Assembly (NCBI GenBank): GCA_964016885.1
Contig: OZ024740.1
Location: 325,438,001-325,502,000 of the forward strand
Length of the DNA: 64,000 nt
Reading direction: 5' to 3'
From: Eledone cirrhosa
Lineage: Eukaryota
Shown here: one piece after another, positions 56,140 to 64,000 of the stretch
Numbering within the stretch: the first letter of the stretch is position 1
How the letters are laid out: each line of letters opens with the position of its first letter
Notes under the pieces: model-generated
Seen by the model: the letters and a program-made list of their open reading frames with translations, nothing else
The model's database searches: none
Told to the model about the DNA's origin: nothing
Program-made: the position numbers and the translations under genes

Positions 56140-56385
56140 ACATACATGATTCTGCAAACTCGTGTTCGAGCATGGCCATCGCCCGATAAAATGCTAAAAA
56201 ATGTGAGACACGAATGTGGCTCTTTAAACCAGCCAAAGACTTGCGCCCTCTGGCACACGCATGGCAACTGTAGGCTCTTCTGGGATTTTCCATTGCTTTG
56301 TTCTGGCAGTGTGTTCTCATGTGTCTTTTAAGCCCTCCCATGCTTGCACATTCCTTGCCACATTCCTTACACACCTTTTCAAATC
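56140..56385 (-). mobile_element. 3' end of an RTE-type LINE with two C2H2-like fingers
   Basis: CKECGKECASMGGLKRHMRTH and CHACARGRKSLAGLKSHIRVSH, followed by ggccatgctcgaacacgagtttgc and an (ATGT)-like tail. Confidence 0.7.
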
Positions 56386-56432
56386 ATAATCTACTTACAT
56401 TCTTACATACATTCATAAATACACACAAACTT

Positions 56433-56507
<75 letters not shown>

Positions 56508-56629
56508 TATACACGCATTTAATGATTGTATATTTTTCAATGGTTTGAGTGTAAAAATTTCAGATAACACACACAGACGCGCGTGTGTGTGTGTATATAT
56601 ATATATATGTCTCTCTCTCTCTCCCTCTT

Positions 56630-56667
<38 letters not shown>

Positions 56668-56975
56668 CATAGAGAGAGAGAGAGGGGGGTTGTACTACCG
56701 ATTAGACAAATATACTTGTGAAAGATTTGCTGGTTTAATACAAATCATCTATATTTAACCATTTTGTTCTTGTTGTTTGATTCTATGTAGCCACATAGGG
56801 TCTCGTTTGTTTGTAAATCGGATTATCACTCTGGCGGGGGTGGTGATGGTGGTGATGGTGGTGATGGTGGTGATGGTGGTGATGGTGCTGGTGCTGGTGC
56901 TGGTGCTGGTGGTGCTGGTAGTGGGGGTAATGTATGTATGTGCATATAATATATATGTGTATAAATATATATATA

Positions 56976-57083
<108 letters not shown>

Positions 57084-57127
57084 CATACATATATATATAC
57101 ATATATATATATATAAATATATATATA

Positions 57128-57158
<31 letters not shown>

Positions 57159-57998
57159 GGGGGTGTATGTATTCGTGTGTGTGTTTGTGTGCGTGTGCGT
57201 GAGTGTTTGTTTGTGTGTGTATATATATATATATATATTTGTTCTTGTAATCTTGAGAAGTGATGTGGCTGTGATTACGTGATTACTAACCCCAGGTGCA
57301 AACTTCTCAGGAAAAATGACCTGCTGGAAGGATATGAAGCATATTGGTTAAGGATGTGGGAGGAGGGGGAGAAGGGGAGGAAGGGGAGGAGAAAAAGAAG
57401 AAGAAGAAGAAGAAGAAGAAGAAGAAGAAGAAGAAGAAGAAGAAGAAGAATCAGCAGTAGCAACAAAATATCATAAAATCAATGACTTCAACAACAAAAT
57501 CAACAACTACAACAACAACACCAACTACAATAACTGTTTCAGTAATTACTAAACATTTTCATTAAGATACGAAGGCTAATAATTTCATTGTTTCTCCAAA
57601 CATGTTGGGGGCCATTTTAAAACGTGTTGCATTAATGACGTCTCCAAGATAGCATTGTATCTAACGACTGAGGATTACAGGAGAGTTGTAGGAATGTAGG
57701 GAATGTGTGGTATATCAACGTATTGTATCTGTTATCCCCTCTCATCCTCTCGTATCAATCTCTGTCTCAGCAAAAGGATGATCCCTTTTAACTCCAATAT
57801 ACCTCACTGTTTTAGCAGATTTGTGGAAGGCAATTGTGATGAAGTGATATAAATACATGAAGTGATAGAAATACATATATGAGATGAAATAGAAAAATAG
57901 AGAGTGAAAAGAGGAAGGAACGTAAAAAGAGATTTTTTTAGAAAAAGAAACCTGTGTATACAGTTACGCACATACACATAAACACGCACATACACACA

Positions 57999-58070
<72 letters not shown>

Positions 58071-58073
58071 CAC

Positions 58074-58127
<54 letters not shown>

Positions 58128-58129
<2 letters not shown>

Positions 58130-58262
58130 TGGCTGCCAACTCGTTTTCGAGTATGGCCACTACTTTATATCCATGTAGGAGAACCCCTACCGATGCACTG
58201 AACGAGTGTGACTTTTTAGTCCAGCCAGCGACTTGAAAACTCTGGTACAAACACTACACTTG
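58128..58262 (-). mobile_element. 3' end of a related RTE-type LINE
   Basis: KCSVCTRVFKSLAGLKSHTRSVHR*, then ggccatactcgaaaacgagttggc, the same 3' stem-loop as at 56150. Confidence 0.7.
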
Positions 58263-58554
58263 TGACAATTACTGACACATAGTGCTGGGCCCATGGTACC
58301 ATGTGACGACAAGTGCAGAGAGATCTCCAGATATAAAGCAATGCCTGTGCCGTGAAGCTTTTATAGTGAGCAAAGGCACTACACAAAGCCAGTCCCACTC
58401 TCTTAACCAAGATGATATTTACCAAAAAGAAGAACAAGTCAACATCATTGGAAACCATCAGGGTTGCAGGTGTTATATCAGAGTTTTCTTTCTCCTAGAA
58501 TTCTGCCTTGACAAAGGCTAAGGGGTCATCTCTCCCGGGACATGTAACATTCAT

Positions 58555-58876
58555 ATATATAAATATAAACATAATATATATATGAATGTTACATGTGTGG
58601 CGAGTGACTAGATCAGCAGAAATTGTGTTGAAATTAAAGCAACTATATCATAGAAAAATTGTTTTAGCTATCTAAATAACACAAAAATATCGTTATATAT
58701 CACTTCATATCTTATAAAATATATGAAAAGATATATAACGATATGTTTGTGTTATTTAGATAGCTAAAACAATTTTTCTATGATATAGTTGCTTTAATTT
58801 CAACACAATTTCTGCTGATCTAGTCACTAGCCACACATGTAACATTCATATATATATTATGTTTATATTTATATAT
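58555..58876. repeat. Long palindrome (~150-bp arms)
   Basis: 58555-58701 is the near-perfect reverse complement of 58730-58876; additional short inverted copy at 58540-58560. Confidence 0.92.
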
Positions 58877-58880
58877 GTGT

Positions 58881-58957
<77 letters not shown>

Positions 58958-59553
58958 TGTGTGTTCGTGTATATGTACTTATGTTGTTTATTTATGACTC
59001 GTACCTTGGCGAGGTTCGATAACAAAAATAAAGAGATAGATAAAATAAGTAAGATATTTGAAAAAATATGTACTGCTGTTGATATAACCGACTGAGACAA
59101 TTTTAAGTCGATGCCCTGGCATGGCCGCAGTCTAATGGTAGAAAACAATAAAATAAAAGGATTGCTTAAATATTCTGAGAATATAAACTGAATTCCAAAG
59201 TTATTACTTGAGAATCTTCTTCGAAAACTATCTAAAATGGTGACTACCTGCAACGGAAACACCACAGAGAACTTGTTGAAGAATGAATGACTCTTCAGTT
59301 GCAGTTGAACAATTGTTTGCCTTCATGGAACTTGGTAATTACCATTCCTGGTGGGGGCGAAAACGTCTAGGAGGACTTCAATATAATGGTCCTTCCGAAA
59401 TTCTTTATTTTCCAGTGGCGGGAATAGAAAAGATCAAGAATTGAAACTTCCATTTTAATCGTGACTAAAGGAAATTAATATTCGGCCGACTGGAAAGAAA
59501 AGACATTTCTTTTGATACAAATGGTTGATGTGTATACAATACTAAACTCTTAA

Positions 59554-59651
<98 letters not shown>

Positions 59652-59983
59652 GTGAAGAATCTAACGTCTCTGCTTGATTCCTTCACCTCTAAATACTTCT
59701 TTTTCTTTTATTGTCTTCAATCTCCTCATGTTCGAAGTTACCCCATCGTCTTCCGAAGAGCTGTCAATACGTTTTCATTAATTGTAGCAGAAGATGATTT
59801 CGGGTGCCAATGACGAACAATGTGTAATGAGGTCTGTGTTGGTATCAAGTGAAAACACATGGCTTATTATTTAGGGTGTTCGGTTCATGATCGAATGTTT
59901 GCGAGGTCGATTCTTCAGCAAGACACTTTATTTCACGTTGATTAAACAACAGAAATACTCATCATCGGAACCCACCGATCTCC

Positions 59984-60016
<33 letters not shown>

Positions 60017-61767
60017 CTTGTTTATATCGTTTATCTATTGTTGCCATTCCCTCTCTTTCTCTCTCTCTATCTCCCCCTCTCCCCTCTATTTTCCTCATCC
60101 CCTCTCTCTCCCTCTCTCTCTCTCTCTCCTTCTATCTCTCCCTCTCTATTTCCTCCCTCCCTGCTTTTCTCTTTCTTCCATTCACTCTCTCTCCTCCTAG
60201 CTCTCTCTCACTCCCATCTCACTATCTCTCCCACTCACTCTCACTCTCTCACGCCATCTCTCTCTCTCTCCTTAGCTCTCTCTCTCTCTCTCACTCTCTC
60301 CCTCTCTCTCTCTCATTTATATGTCAGAACTGTGAACAATAATTGATGCCATAGTGTCACGAGGTCGGTTTCCAGTTGGGTATCAGGTCTGTTTTCTCTG
60401 GACAACACCTAGGATTTAGTGATTAGTAACAGAGAGAAGCAGAATATCCATACTTTATAGCATGTATCGTTCTGGGTGGAATGGTATTGATTGAGATGTT
60501 TCAGACTTCTAATTATAGACATTCGCTTGATCAACTAATTATAAATGTTAATTAATCGAGTCCAATTGATGAGTTACAGTATCGTACACGTAAAATATAC
60601 GAAAAACAAGAGCTTTGTTTCTTTGGCAGAATCGTTAGAATGTTGGATATATTTGCTTCTATTTTTGTTCAGATTCTCTGAGTTTTGATTTCAGATCCTA
60701 CCGTAGTCAATATTGCTTTTCATCTTTTAAAATCGATATATAAACTACCGATTCAGAGGCAGTAGTGTGGCGGTAATATGGCAGAATTCTGTCCCGTCTC
60801 TGTGCGTTCAAATCGCGCCTCTTATCAACGAGAAAATGGAGATGCTTTTGGTTAGAGAATTTAATAAAGATATGAATATAGCAATAACGTAAAATATACG
60901 AAAAAAAACATGGTATTTATTCCGGCTCTCAGCGTTCTGTGCCCAAATTCCGCTAAGGCAGAGAACCAGAATAAATATAGAAGCAAATTTAGCCGACTTT
61001 CTATCGATTCTACCCCCAAAAAATCAAACTTTATTTATTCGTATATTTTACGTTTACGTTATTGTAACTCCGCAATTGGACTCAAAACTGTTCATCCTTT
61101 CGGGGTCGATAAATGAAGTAACAATATCAATCATGTGGCGGTGGATTACTGGGATTGCTAAAGAGTCGAACGAGTCACGTTGTAACATGAGTGTCCAAAA
61201 AAAAACCATGTAGTAGCGGCCAGATTTGATCAAGAACGCACAATGCGTGATCAGATTCAGCAAAGCTACCCCTACGATGTCGTAGCACTTCTGCCAAACC
61301 ACCACCCCAGGAGTGGTTCACTATTTATCAACCTGAAAGGATAAAAAACAAAGTTGACCTTGGTGGGATTTGAACTCAGATCACAGAGGGCAGGAACAAA
61401 TACCGAAGTATTTAATCCAGTACTCTATCGACTGCCTATTTGCCGCCATTACACTATTTAAAAAATACCTAATTTCACCATATTATTTTCAAATTTTGTC
61501 TTAAAATTGTAGCCATTATGGTTTTAAAATTTGAATCGTAATTTTATCATCAGTTTATAACCCAAATAAAAAGGTTTTATGTTAGATATTGTTGATGTTG
61601 TCTTAGAACGTTAAATACTGTCGGTTAAACAGATAAACGATTGCTTGGTCATAATTGATGGTAAATAAGATCGATCTCGACAAAATAACGCACGCATGTA
61701 AACACAAATACAAACAGAGATACATAAAGATATATTCAAGCAAACGGAGGCAGCCAGAAATACATTC

Positions 61768-61813
<46 letters not shown>

Positions 61814-62552
61814 GTATATATATGTGCGTGTGTACTCTTAAGCACACATAGACATACATAGACACACACGAGTACATACAAGTACACGCATGCGAACACC
61901 ACATACACATACACACATATAAACATAAACACGCAGGCACAAACATAAACACACTAATTCACACACACGCACACGCACACACACACATACACACACACAC
62001 ACACACACACAAAGCCACATAGCTACACAGAAAAAGTACAAAATCATACAAAAGCACACACAAACATACAAACAAACACAAGTAGATACAAACGCACACC
62101 AGCACACACAGCCACACACAAGCATGTACACACACATTCACATACGCATTCACACGCGCATTCACACACACACATACACAAACACCCACATACAACGACA
62201 TCGAACAACATCAACAATTTTCAATAAAATATTTTGTTTGGCGGGGAGGTCGTAAACTGACGATAAAATTCCGGTGTAAATTTTTTTTTAAACGTTAATA
62301 AATTTAAGAGTAGCGACATTTCCTGCGCATGACAGAAAATTATGATACGGACATTTTGTTGAAATGTTGAAGTCTAACATGTGTTGAGTGTACAGTGTTA
62401 TTATTGTTGTTGTTTTTGCTGTTGTTGCTGTTGTTATTGTTGATACAGTTAATGATGGAGATGAGAATGTTGACGATGTTGTTTTTGATGTTGTTGAAGT
62501 TGATGTATCTGTTGTTGATGTTCTTGTTGTTACTGTTGTTACACAAACACAG

Positions 62553-62665
<113 letters not shown>

Positions 62666-62680
62666 GATAGATAGATAGAT

Positions 62681-62761
<81 letters not shown>

Positions 62762-62893
62762 TAGATAGATAAAAATGAACGAACAAAACACAGGAGGCAA
62801 TTGTACACAGTTATAGTAGGTTCACGCTTGGTGGAAGTGGCGTAGACAAAATACAGAGGTGTAAAAACTCTTATTATATATATACATATATAG

Positions 62894-63273
62894 AAACGTT
62901 TGTATTTGTAAAGCCAAAACAATGCAGGTATGGATATAGAATATAAATGCAAATGCAAAAGATATTGTTGACAATTAGTCTTTTACCTTAAATTTATTTA
63001 AATATCCTTAATTTTCGAGGTAATATCTCTTCTTCGGGGGGAAGTAAAGTGGTTAAACCAGCGTTCTAAATAGCTTCTAAATAGCTTGGCAAGCTATTTA
63101 GAACGCTGGTTTAACCACTTTACTTCCCTCCGAAGAAGAGATATTATCTCGAAAATTAAGGATATTTAAATAAATTTAAGGTAAAAGACTAATTGTCAAC
63201 AATATCTTTTGCATTTGGATTTATATTCTATATCCATACCTGCATTGTTTTGGCTTTACAAATACAAACGTTT
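62894..63273. repeat. Long palindrome (~185-bp arms, 1-nt spacer) containing mirrored minimal hammerhead motifs
   Basis: Centre agcttg-g-caagct at 63089; HHR cct-CCGAAGA-a-gagat(att)atctc-GAAA-at-TA-agg at 63127-63161, mirrored at 63006-63040. Confidence 0.92.
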
Positions 63274-63334
63274 ATACCTCATTACACAATGCTTCAAGTG
63301 AACTATAAAATACATGTATATATATGCGTGAGAG

Positions 63335-63462
<128 letters not shown>

Positions 63463-63777
63463 TATGGTTAAGATATTTGCTATGCAATCAATAAGTCCCA
63501 ATTTCGATGCCATTGCGTGCTATATTGAGCCAGTGTCATTTATTATAGTCTCGGGTAAATCCATGAATTGTGAGTGAAAGTGTTTAGAAGACTTTCACAT
63601 GAACAGTAGCTTTAATTCAAAGGTCCAGCTTTGTCTCGCTGAATCTCCTGGAGAATCACGTTAAGGCTACACGTGTTTGTGGAAAGCTCACCAACAAACA
63701 CGTTAATTTCAAAATAAGACTGTTACATTGATTGAAAAACTGGGTCAGTCTTCATTGAAACCGACCGATGTCCATTG

Positions 63778-63904
<127 letters not shown>

Positions 63905-64000
63905 GTGAGGTTTTTTTTACAAATTGAAAAATAACCGGTGTCCTACACGAGTGAAAGTATAAAGATGTGAGAAAAACCACAGACCCTCCATCTCAACTCT

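Noticed and set aside
56045-56374. Host C2H2 zinc-finger gene exon
   Set aside because: There is no TGEKP linker. The GLKSH-type finger is followed by a 3' stem-loop and simple-repeat tail shared with 58128-58262, typical of RTE LINE ends.

Overview
Eukaryotic, AT-rich, microsatellite-saturated DNA with (TA)n, (TG)n, (GA)n, (GGT/AGT)n and (GATA)n tracts. I could not recognise any host protein-coding exon, and almost all supplied ORFs are translations of simple repeats. The tRNA-derived SINE family and the overall repeat landscape resemble an octopus (coleoid cephalopod) genome; this is an inference. Recognisable content: (1) a nearly complete Penelope-like element (PLE; RT plus GIY-YIG, one frameshift) at 7499-11272 with a head-to-head ~800-bp inverted copy of its own 3' end; (2) a degenerate YRDD-type (Naiad-like) PLE at ~31350-34095 and a related 3' fragment at ~4390-5800; (3) R4/Dong-type REL-endonuclease LINE remnants, one of which hosts two SINEs and a Chapaev3-like DNA transposon with both termini (CACCGTGTAACA TIRs, TAA TSD); (4) RTE-type 3' ends with C2H2 fingers; (5) SINE clusters; (6) a MITE-like element; (7) a ~10-kb minisatellite of ~95-102-bp units. 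The most striking unannotated layer is RNA structure. More than a dozen hammerhead-ribozyme (HHR) motifs of different architectures lie in PLE-type inserts in or beside (TA)n tracts, often folded back into long palindromes. A two-copy element (6344-6445, 37824-37924) carries all three hammerhead core strands in a non-circularly permuted, pseudoknotted order, with compensatory base changes between the copies. All structures were read by eye and none has been tested.
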